The notes under the pieces: generated by a model | Seen by the model: only the letters and a program-made list of their open reading frames with translations | Told to the model about the DNA's origin: nothing | The model's database searches: none | Shown: positions 56,819-64,000 of the stretch, one piece after another | Layout of the letters: the number at the start of each line of letters is the position of its first letter | Numbering within the stretch: position 1 is the stretch's first letter | From: Gammaproteobacteria bacterium | GTDB taxonomy: Bacteria; Pseudomonadota; Gammaproteobacteria; Natronospirales; DASSBR01 | DNA: 64,000 nucleotides | Direction of reading: 5' to 3' | Assembly (NCBI GenBank): GCA_035708085.1 | Contig: DASSTE010000074.1 | Span: 67,053 to 131,052, forward strand | Translations under genes and position numbers: made by a program

Positions 56819-58026
56819 AGCGGCGTCCACTGGAGCAGCGTTCCGGCTTCGATCGGTTCGTCTCCGGGCGGCACCCAAACCAGCGCATCCGCCTCTTGCA
56901 GATTGCTTAACATATGCGAGCCTTGCCGGGGCAGTGGATGAAGCTCTACAACGCCGCCGCTGCCCGTCGTTCGTCGCGCGCGCACCAGGTTCGTGCGCGC
57001 GCGGTCCGGGTTGAGTTCTTCGGCCAGCAGCCCCGGAAACAGCGGTGGCCCGGGATTTGCGCTACCTGCCAGCGCTTCAAGTACACGCCTCGCATGAAAC
57101 ACTAGGCCAATCAAAACCGCGGCCGGGTTGCCCGGCAGGCCGAGCAGAAAGCAGCCGTTGCGGCGCGCGAAGTACAGCGGCTTGCCGGGCTTCTGCGCCA
57201 CCTTCCAGAACAACCTCTCTGCACCCAGTTGTTCCGCTACCTTCGGGATGTAATCGCGGTCGCCGACCGACACGCCGCCGGTAGTGATGACGAGGTCGGC
57301 ATTGTGCAACGCGGCGCCGAGCGCCGCTTCGACTTCGCCGGCTTCGTCGCGTACATACTGCAGCTCAGGTTGCGGCAGCCGGTTCTCCAGCAGCCACGCG
57401 CGCACCAGCGGACCGTTGGCATCATGCACCTGGCCGTGCTGCAGCGGTTGTCCCGCGGGCACCAGTTCATCGCCGGTAATCAGCACGCTGATGCGTGGCC
57501 GCTTGTGTGCCCGAATGGCAGCAACACCGGCCATTGCCAATGCCGCCAGCAGCCCCGGCGTGACGCGCTGCCCCGCCTGGCCGAGCGGCGCGCCGCGTTG
57601 CAGTTCTTCAGCCTGAAAGCGAATGTCTCCGCCCGGTTCAACCGGCGCCGATACCGCGACGTGGCCGTCCACACGCGTTACCCGCTCCTGCCGGACGATG
57701 GCATCGCAATCCGGCGGCAAGGGTGCGCCGGTCAGAATGCGCATGGTTTGTCCGGTCGCGAGCGCCGTCGGAAGCTCGCGGGCGCCGGCCGCAATCTCGC
57801 CGCGGATATTGAGTTGCACGGGCCGATCGGTTGTCGCCGCGGCGATATCGGCCGCGCGGACGGCGTAGCCGTCGACCGCCGTCTGCGAAAAGGCGGGCAG
57901 ATCCACTGCCGCTTGCGCCGGTTCGGCGAGCACCCGATCGAGCGCGGCATCGATCGGAACCGATTCTGCGCCAAGCGGTTTCACCACTTCGAGGTATCGG
58001 GCGAGAGCTGCGTCGAGCGCAATCAT
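56815..58026 (-). CDS. moeA: molybdopterin molybdenumtransferase
   Basis: 403 aa with DGYAVRAADI and ITTGGVSVGDRDY motifs. Confidence 0.85.
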   Translation of the reverse strand: MIALDAALARYLEVVKPLGAESVPIDAALDRVLAEPAQAAVDLPAFSQTAVDGYAVRAADIAAATTDRPVQLNIRGEIAAGARELPTALATGQTMRILTGAPLPPDCDAIVRQERVTRVDGHVAVSAPVEPGGDIRFQAEELQRGAPLGQAGQRVTPGLLAALAMAGVAAIRAHKRPRISVLITGDELVPAGQPLQHGQVHDANGPLVRAWLLENRLPQPELQYVRDEAGEVEAALGAALHNADLVITTGGVSVGDRDYIPKVAEQLGAERLFWKVAQKPGKPLYFARRNGCFLLGLPGNPAAVLIGLVFHARRVLEALAGSANPGPPLFPGLLAEELNPDRARTNLVRARRTTGSGGVVELHPLPRQGSHMLSNLQEADALVWVPPGDEPIEAGTLLQWTPL

Positions 58027-58029
58027 TTG

Positions 58030-59613
58030 CTACCCGCCGATGTAGGACATTTCGACCTTCTGTTCCGCGCTCGCCTGCGCCGCGCGCAGTTCGGAATAGC
58101 GGTCGCTGCGCCGCATCCACAGCGCGCCCAGCCGGCGTTGCAGGTTGGTCTCGGAGATGCCGCCGCGGAGCAGTTTGCGCAGATCGAAACCCTCGCGCGC
58201 AAACAGGCACGTGTACAGGCGCCCGTCGGCGGACAGCCTGGCGCGGGTGCAGTCGCCGCAGAACGGGCGGCTGATCGACGTGATGAAACCGATTTCGCCA
58301 CCACCGTCGCCGTAGCGATAGCGGCGAGCAACTTCGCCCGCGTAGTGCGGCTCCAGCGCAGTCAACGGCCAGCGCGCCGCAATCGCATCGCGAATCTCGG
58401 CGGCCGGGACGACCTCATCCGAGCGCCAGCCGTTGCTGTTGCCGACGTCCATGTACTCGATGAAACGCAGCACGTGGCCGCTGTGCCGGAAGCGCTCCGC
58501 CATCGCCAGCACGTCGCCATCATTGGTGCCGCGTTTGACGACCATGTTGATCTTGACCGGCGCGAGCCCCACGCGGGCCGCCGCTTCGATACCGGCAATG
58601 ACTTCGGAAACGGGCGTGACACTGTCGGCCATGCGGCGGAAGCGGCTGCCGTCGAGCGTATCAAGGCTGACGGTCACGCGATTGAGGCCGGCGGCTTGCA
58701 GTGCGTTTGCATGGCGGGCGAGCAGGGCGCCGTTGGTTGTCAACGCGATGTCGTCGAGGCCGCCGATCGAGGCGAGCATCGCAATCAGCCGGTCAAGGTC
58801 GCGGCGCAACAGCGGTTCGCCACCGGTCAGGCGGACCTTGCGCACACCGAGTGCGGCGGCCGCGCGGGCGATGCGTTCAATCTCCTCGAAGCTGAGCAGA
58901 TCGGTACGCGGCAGAAAGCGGTGGCCGGCGCCGAAGGCCGCGCGCGGCATGCAATAAACACAGCGGAAATTACAGCGGTCGGTGACGGAGACGCGCAGGT
59001 CGCGCAGCGGGCGATTCAGGCGGTCTTTAATCGACGAACGAGATGCGACTTCGTCGGGCGAGTTCAGGTTCACGAATGCCATCGCGCAGTCGGAAAAATC
59101 GACCCGCGCGATCCCATGGTGCCCGTACCATTCGTGGACACTGCGCCCGCCTTCATTCATGAATTGGCGCACATCCGGCAGAAGCGACGTGTGCAACAAC
59201 GCAAATAGCGGCTGCAGACGACTGCCATCATCGGCGACCGCGATCTCCGCGCCGGCAGCGGCTGCCTGGTATAGCCGTACCGCCAGGTTCCGCGGCAGGC
59301 GCGGTCCGTCACACGGTGCGATCAGTACGTAAGGCGTCGCAGCTGTGGATAATGCGCTGGCAATTCCGGCTAATGGTCCAGCGTAGCCGGGTTGCTCGTC
59401 CGACAGCACGGGGCAATTGTATTTTCCATAGCGGGCAAGGTTGCGGTTGGCGACGATAACCACCGTACCCACCTGCGGGCGCAGGCGTGTCAAAACGTGC
59501 TCGATCAGGGGCCGGCCGTCGACATTGATCAGGCCCTTGTCGCGCCCGCCCATGCGCGAGCCGCGTCCGCCTGCCAAAATCGCGCCCGTGACTTGCCGGC
59601 GCCATTCGTTCAT
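58030..59613 (-). CDS. moaA: fusion protein: molybdenum cofactor guanylyltransferase MobA (N-terminal) plus GTP 3',8-cyclase MoaA (C-terminal)
   Basis: Track ORF 58030..59877 trimmed to MNEWRRQ (ATGA overlap with the upstream stop). MobA motifs are GAILAGGRGSRMGGRDKGL and FVNLNSPDEV. After only ~6 residues comes MoaA, IKDRLNRPLRDLRVSVTDRCNFRCVYCMP, ending ...YIGG. There is no stop between the two halves. Confidence 0.8.
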   Translation of the reverse strand: MNEWRRQVTGAILAGGRGSRMGGRDKGLINVDGRPLIEHVLTRLRPQVGTVVIVANRNLARYGKYNCPVLSDEQPGYAGPLAGIASALSTAATPYVLIAPCDGPRLPRNLAVRLYQAAAAGAEIAVADDGSRLQPLFALLHTSLLPDVRQFMNEGGRSVHEWYGHHGIARVDFSDCAMAFVNLNSPDEVASRSSIKDRLNRPLRDLRVSVTDRCNFRCVYCMPRAAFGAGHRFLPRTDLLSFEEIERIARAAAALGVRKVRLTGGEPLLRRDLDRLIAMLASIGGLDDIALTTNGALLARHANALQAAGLNRVTVSLDTLDGSRFRRMADSVTPVSEVIAGIEAAARVGLAPVKINMVVKRGTNDGDVLAMAERFRHSGHVLRFIEYMDVGNSNGWRSDEVVPAAEIRDAIAARWPLTALEPHYAGEVARRYRYGDGGGEIGFITSISRPFCGDCTRARLSADGRLYTCLFAREGFDLRKLLRGGISETNLQRRLGALWMRRSDRYSELRAAQASAEQKVEMSYIGG

Positions 59614-60803
59614 GAGGCAGCCCTGGTGAGGGTCGGCGATGCGCAGCAGGAACAATGCGGATCCGCTTTGAATTTCAGGCTGCGGAACTTGCCGGCCAGC
59701 GCGTCGAAGTGCAGCAGACGCCCGGTCAGCGGCTCGCCGATCCCGAGCAGGATTTTGAGCGTTTCGGTCGCCAGCAGCAGCCCGATCACGCCGGGCAGCA
59801 CGCCGAGCACACCGGCTTCGCTGCACGGCGGCGCGATGCCGGGCGGCGGCAATTCGGGATAGAGGCAGCGGTAGCATGGGCCATGGCCATGCCAGAACAC
59901 TGACGCCTGGCCTTCGAAGCGGTGGATCGATCCATACACATCCGGCACGCCGAGCGCGACACAGGCATCGTTGACGGCGTAGCGGGTAGTGAAGTTGTCG
60001 GAACCGTCGACGACGACGTCGTAGCTCCGGCAGATGTCCTCGGCATTGTCGCGGTCGAGACGGGTTTCGTGCGGCTCGATCGCAACGGCTGGGTTAATGG
60101 CTTCCAGGCCGGCGCGTGCCGAAGCGACCTTGGCGCTGCCGGTGCGTGCGTCGGCATGCAGCACCTGCCTGTGCAGATTGCTGCGCTCGACGCGATCGGA
60201 ATCGACGATGCCTAGCATGCCGACCCCAGCCGCAGCGAGGTACATCGCCGCCGGCGAACCGAGGCCGCCCGCACCGATAAGCAACACCTTGCTATCCAGC
60301 AGGCGTCGCTGGCCGCGCTCGCCGATCTCCGGCAGGACGATCTGGCGCGCGTAGCGTTCGCGCGCCTGTGCGTCGAGCGGGCGGGGCAACTCAAAAGGAA
60401 GCCCGTCGTTCTGCCAGCGTTTGAAGCCGCCGGCAACGGAGCGCACATCGCGATAGCCCAGTTGCTGCAGGCTGTCGGCGGCTAACAGCGATCGCGTTCC
60501 GCTGGCGCAGATCAGCAGGACGGGTCGCTCGGGGTCGGGCGCGAGTTCGCCAATGCGCAGTTCAAGGAAGCTGCGGCCGACGTGATGCGCGCCGGTGGGG
60601 CTGCCGGCGCCGAGTTCGTCGCGCTCGCGCACGTCGATCAGTAGCGCGCCCTGCGCCATCAGGTCGAGCGCGGTTCGCGGGGCGACCTCGGGAATCGTCT
60701 GTTTAAGCCCGGCAAGGCGTGTTTGCAACGAAGACATCGGGATCCGTCCCGCGAAGCTCATATCCGTTGAAGCTTCGAGCATACCATAAGCCTTCAGCGC
60801 CAA
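59610..60803 (-). CDS. moeB: rhodanese-domain plus MoeB/ThiF-type adenylyltransferase fusion (rhodanese is N-terminal)
   Basis: The rhodanese active-site loop is LLICASGTRS. It is followed by VLLIGAGGLGSPAAMYLAAAGVG and the CYRC / CSCC pairs of MoeB. The start codon is uncertain (MALKAY or MSSLQT). Confidence 0.75.
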   Translation of the reverse strand: MALKAYGMLEASTDMSFAGRIPMSSLQTRLAGLKQTIPEVAPRTALDLMAQGALLIDVRERDELGAGSPTGAHHVGRSFLELRIGELAPDPERPVLLICASGTRSLLAADSLQQLGYRDVRSVAGGFKRWQNDGLPFELPRPLDAQARERYARQIVLPEIGERGQRRLLDSKVLLIGAGGLGSPAAMYLAAAGVGMLGIVDSDRVERSNLHRQVLHADARTGSAKVASARAGLEAINPAVAIEPHETRLDRDNAEDICRSYDVVVDGSDNFTTRYAVNDACVALGVPDVYGSIHRFEGQASVFWHGHGPCYRCLYPELPPPGIAPPCSEAGVLGVLPGVIGLLLATETLKILLGIGEPLTGRLLHFDALAGKFRSLKFKADPHCSCCASPTLTRAAS

Positions 60804-60885
60804 AGCTTTGCGGCCGGCGCCTTTTATGTGAAACTTGACGAACGCCTATCGCATTGGATGCTGCCTCATCAAGGAGGGCCCCGCC

Positions 60886-63800
60886 GTGAACTACTTTCGT
60901 CCGCTTTGCATCATCGCCGCATTTCTCGTCATCAGCCTGCCGGCCGCGGCCGAACATCTGCTGCTGCGCTTTCCGACGATTCACGACAACACGATCGTGT
61001 TCGAAGCCGCCGGTAACCTGTGGAAGGTTGATCGCCATGGCGGCACGGCGATCCGCCTGACGAGCGAAAAGGGCTACGACGAAATGCCGCGGTTCTCGCC
61101 CGACGGCAAGACCATCGCGTTTACCGGGCAATACGAGGGCAACACGGACGTCTACACGATTCCGGCCGATGGCGGCGTCGCCAGACGACTGACGTTTCAT
61201 TCCGACGTGGTGACCGCGCCGCCGACGCGATGGGGACCGGACAACATGGTGTTCGGCTGGACGCCGGACGGCAAACACATCGTGTTTTACAGCCGTCGCA
61301 ATACGCCGAATTCCTGGTATGGCCAGTTGTTCGAGATTCCGGCCGACGGCGGTCTGCCGACGCAACTGCCGGTGCCGAAAGGCGGCATGCTGTCGTTTAA
61401 CGCCGACGGCAGCAAGATGGCCTACAACCGCATTTTTCGCAACTTCCGCACCTGGAAGGATTATTACGGCGGTCTCGCGCAGGACATCTGGATTTACGAT
61501 TTCAATACGCACAAGGTTCAGCGAATTACACACTGGAAGGGCACCGACACCGCGCCGATGTGGTATCGGAACAAGATTTATTTCATCTCGGATCGCGGCT
61601 CCGACAAGACGATGAATCTGTGGGTCTACGATCTCGGCAGCCAGCAGTTCCGCGAAATCACCCACTTCGATACCTACGACATCGATTGGCCGAGCCTCGG
61701 CAATAACGCCATCGTGTTTGGCGACGGCGGCGAGCTGTACGTGCTCGACCTGCCGTCCGAGCAGTTGCACAGGATAAATGTTGATGTTCCCGACGATGGT
61801 CTCGACCGGCGCCCGCGGATCGTCGATGCCAGCAAGACCATCATGGACTTCGCGATCGCGCCGAACGGCAAGCGCGCATTGTTCGCGGCGCGCGGCAACA
61901 TCTTTACCGTGCCGGAAGAGCACGGCGCGACCCGCAATCTGACGCACACATCGAATGCCCGCGAACAGCATCCGGCCTGGTCGCCGGATGGAAAATGGGT
62001 TGCCTACGTGACCGACGCGAGCGGCGAGAGTGAAATCGCAATCCGGCCGGCCGACGGGCTCGGCCAGCCAACGCAGCTTACCCAACTGAAGAACGCCTAC
62101 CTGTTCGACCCGACGTGGGCGCCGGGCAGCGACAAGATTGCGTTTTCGGATAGCGACAACCGGCTCTGGTATGTCGACGTCTCGTCGCACCGCGTGGTAC
62201 AGGTTGCGCACGATCCGCGCAGCCGCATGCACGACTTTTCGTGGTCGCCGGATGGCCGCTGGCTCGCCTACTCGAAGCAGGCGAAGAACAACATGAGCGA
62301 GATTTATCTTTACAACCTCGACGACAATAAATCGACGCAGATCAGCAATGGCTGGAATAACGATCGTGACCCGGTGTTCAGCTCAAACGGCAAATACCTG
62401 TATTTCATTTCGGCCCGCCACGAGAACCCGACGTTCAGCGAGAGCGAATTCAATATCGCGACGCTGAAGATGGACGGCATCTACGTCGCGACGCTGGACA
62501 AGGACACGCCGTCGCCGTTTCCGCCGCAAACCGACGAGGGCGCGGTCGAGAAGCACAAGCAGAAAAAGGAAAAGCACGCCGACCAGCCGCACGAGCCGGG
62601 AGCAATCAAGCCGATTCACATCGACCTTGACGGTCTGATGAATCGCGCAGTGCCGGTGCCGATCCCATCGGCCAGTATTTACGGCCTCGCGTCGAGCGCG
62701 GATCGCATTTACTACCTGACGGCACCGCCGCAGACGATCCAGGGGCCGCTCGCGGGCGCCGAAAACGAGCTGCACGTTTACGAACTGGCCGAGCGCAAGG
62801 ACCACACGCTGGTGACCGGCCTCGACGGCTACCACTTGTCGGCCAACGGCGCGCGTTTCATTTACAAGAATGGCGACGACTACACGATTGAAAACGCACT
62901 GCCGGACAAGTCTGACGACAAACATCAGCTCGACCTCGGTCACATGGAAGAGCGCATCGATCCGGTGGCCGAGTGGGGCGAGATGTATCACCAGGCGTGG
63001 CGGCTGTACCGGGACATTTTCTATAACGCGAAAATGAACGGCTACAACTGGAACGCCATCGGCGAACGCTACGGCAAGCTGTTGCCGCTGCTCGGTTGCC
63101 GCGAAGACCTCAATTTCCTGATCGGCGACATGATCGCGTCGTTGTCGAATTCGCACACGTACGTTGCCGGCGGCGACTTCGGCGTCGACGAGGAGACACA
63201 CCGGACCGGATTGCTGGGCGTCGACTTCGGCCTTGACCGATCGTCCGGGCGCTATTACTTCAAGAAGATCTATGCGGGCGACAACACCCGCCCGAACTAC
63301 CGCTCGCCACTCACCGAGCCGGGCGTCAATGTCCGCCAGGGCGATTACCTGCTGGCAGTGAATGGTGTGCCGCTCAAGGCGCCGACCAACCCATACAAGC
63401 TGTTCGTCGATACTGCCGGCGAGCAGGTCGAGTTGACCGTGGCCGACAATCCGTCCGGCGATAACAAGCGTAACGTGACCGTGCAGACGCTCGACAGCGA
63501 ACTCAAGATTCGACTCAAGGCGTGGATCGATCACAACCGCGACTACGTCGCGAAGAAGTCGGACGGCAAGATCGGCTACATCTACCTGTCGGACATGGGC
63601 GCGCTGGGCATGAACCAGTTCATCCGCCAGTTCTACGCGCAGATCGACAGGCAAGGGTTGATCATCGACGACCGCTGGAACGGCGGCGGCTTCATCGATC
63701 CGATTGTGCTCGAACGCTTGCGGCGCGTGCTGGTTGGCATGTCGACGACGCGGCAGCGTGCGCCGATGACCGAGCCCCGCGAAGTGCTGCACGGTTACAT

Positions 63801-64000
63801 GGCGACGCTGATCAATCACTACTCGGCATCCGATGGCGACATCTTCCCATTCTACTTCCGGAAGTATCACCTGGGCCCGCTGATCGGCACCCGTACTTGG
63901 GGCGGCGTGCGCGGCTATTCCGGCGACAACGATCTGCTCGACGGCGGTTATATCGTCATTTCGAGCTTCAGCCTGTACGGTCTCGATTCGCAATGGGTGC
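60886..64000 (+). CDS. tricorn-protease-like S41 family peptidase, exported (N-terminal ~1038 codons; continues past the window end)
   Basis: Open-ended, so absent from the ORF track. The start is GTG 60886, 8 nt after AAGGAGGG. Hand translation gives VNYFRPLCIIAAFLVISLPAAAEHLLLRFPTIHDNTIVFEAAGNLWKVDRHGG...PRFSPDGKTIAFTGQYEGNTDVYTI (beta-propeller repeats). Near the end it gives GTRTWGGVRGY (S41 domain). Confidence 0.7.
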   Translation, partial: MNYFRPLCIIAAFLVISLPAAAEHLLLRFPTIHDNTIVFEAAGNLWKVDRHGGTAIRLTSEKGYDEMPRFSPDGKTIAFTGQYEGNTDVYTIPADGGVARRLTFHSDVVTAPPTRWGPDNMVFGWTPDGKHIVFYSRRNTPNSWYGQLFEIPADGGLPTQLPVPKGGMLSFNADGSKMAYNRIFRNFRTWKDYYGGLAQDIWIYDFNTHKVQRITHWKGTDTAPMWYRNKIYFISDRGSDKTMNLWVYDLGSQQFREITHFDTYDIDWPSLGNNAIVFGDGGELYVLDLPSEQLHRINVDVPDDGLDRRPRIVDASKTIMDFAIAPNGKRALFAARGNIFTVPEEHGATRNLTHTSNAREQHPAWSPDGKWVAYVTDASGESEIAIRPADGLGQPTQLTQLKNAYLFDPTWAPGSDKIAFSDSDNRLWYVDVSSHRVVQVAHDPRSRMHDFSWSPDGRWLAYSKQAKNNMSEIYLYNLDDNKSTQISNGWNNDRDPVFSSNGKYLYFISARHENPTFSESEFNIATLKMDGIYVATLDKDTPSPFPPQTDEGAVEKHKQKKEKHADQPHEPGAIKPIHIDLDGLMNRAVPVPIPSASIYGLASSADRIYYLTAPPQTIQGPLAGAENELHVYELAERKDHTLVTGLDGYHLSANGARFIYKNGDDYTIENALPDKSDDKHQLDLGHMEERIDPVAEWGEMYHQAWRLYRDIFYNAKMNGYNWNAIGERYGKLLPLLGCREDLNFLIGDMIASLSNSHTYVAGGDFGVDEETHRTGLLGVDFGLDRSSGRYYFKKIYAGDNTRPNYRSPLTEPGVNVRQGDYLLAVNGVPLKAPTNPYKLFVDTAGEQVELTVADNPSGDNKRNVTVQTLDSELKIRLKAWIDHNRDYVAKKSDGKIGYIYLSDMGALGMNQFIRQFYAQIDRQGLIIDDRWNGGGFIDPIVLERLRRVLVGMSTTRQRAPMTEPREVLHGYMATLINHYSASDGDIFPFYFRKYHLGPLIGTRTWGGVRGYSGDNDLLDGGYIVISSFSLYGLDSQWV

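Noticed and set aside
57229-59208. 659-aa plus-strand ORF. Similar long ORFs are 45176..46888 (+), 26424..27932 (+), 22071..23654 (-), 9295..10806 (-), 10788..12302 (+), 60703..62232 (-) and 62383..63993 (-).
   Set aside because: All are antisense to genes with strong family motifs (moeA/moaA, deaD, glcD, D-aminoacylase, permease, tricorn-like). Their translations are low-complexity and R/A/D/H-rich. I treat them as GC-driven artefacts.

Overview
Visibly GC-rich Gram-negative chromosomal window with about 50 genes. The gene order and the Oar-type TonB receptors suggest a Xanthomonadales-like gammaproteobacterium, but this is unverified. All calls come from reading the ORF-track proteins for family motifs; no searches were run. 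There are three blocks. (1) 1-24.1 kb looks like an accessory locus. It holds exported amino-sugar glycosidases (GH20, GH2, GH18-like), a CE2-like SGNH esterase, two 'TonB receptor + class-C-fold serine hydrolase' modules, and a YkuD-fold protein. It also holds two APC permeases, a LysR regulator, a DadA-like dehydrogenase and an exported D-aminoacylase. (2) 24.1-47 kb is core metabolism and cell wall. It carries an MFS-aminotransferase-glcDEF operon, an SSF symporter, malic enzyme and lipB-ybeD-dat. It then carries dacA-rlpA-mltB-rodA-mrdA-mreDCB, tRNA-Val(CAC), yaiI and a DeaD-like helicase. (3) 47.2-60.8 kb is a complete molybdate uptake / molybdenum cofactor / formate dehydrogenase cluster. 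It includes three fused genes (MoaC-MoaB, MobA-MoaA, rhodanese-MoeB) and an embedded CDF transporter. A tricorn-like protease gene then runs off the window end. Two open-ended CDSs at the window edges (1-1782 minus, 60886-64000 plus) are absent from the ORF track and were translated by hand. I saw no CRISPR array, IS element, integrase, phage or recognisable defence genes. The best candidate for something undescribed is block 1 read as a peptidoglycan/amino-sugar plus D-amino-acid scavenging regulon. Its promoters, and that of the glcDEF operon, share a 17-bp dyad, TATAGCC-N3-GGCTATA, present four times and only in promoter regions. One copy sits next to the LysR gene. This is inference from the sequence and needs homology searches and experiments.
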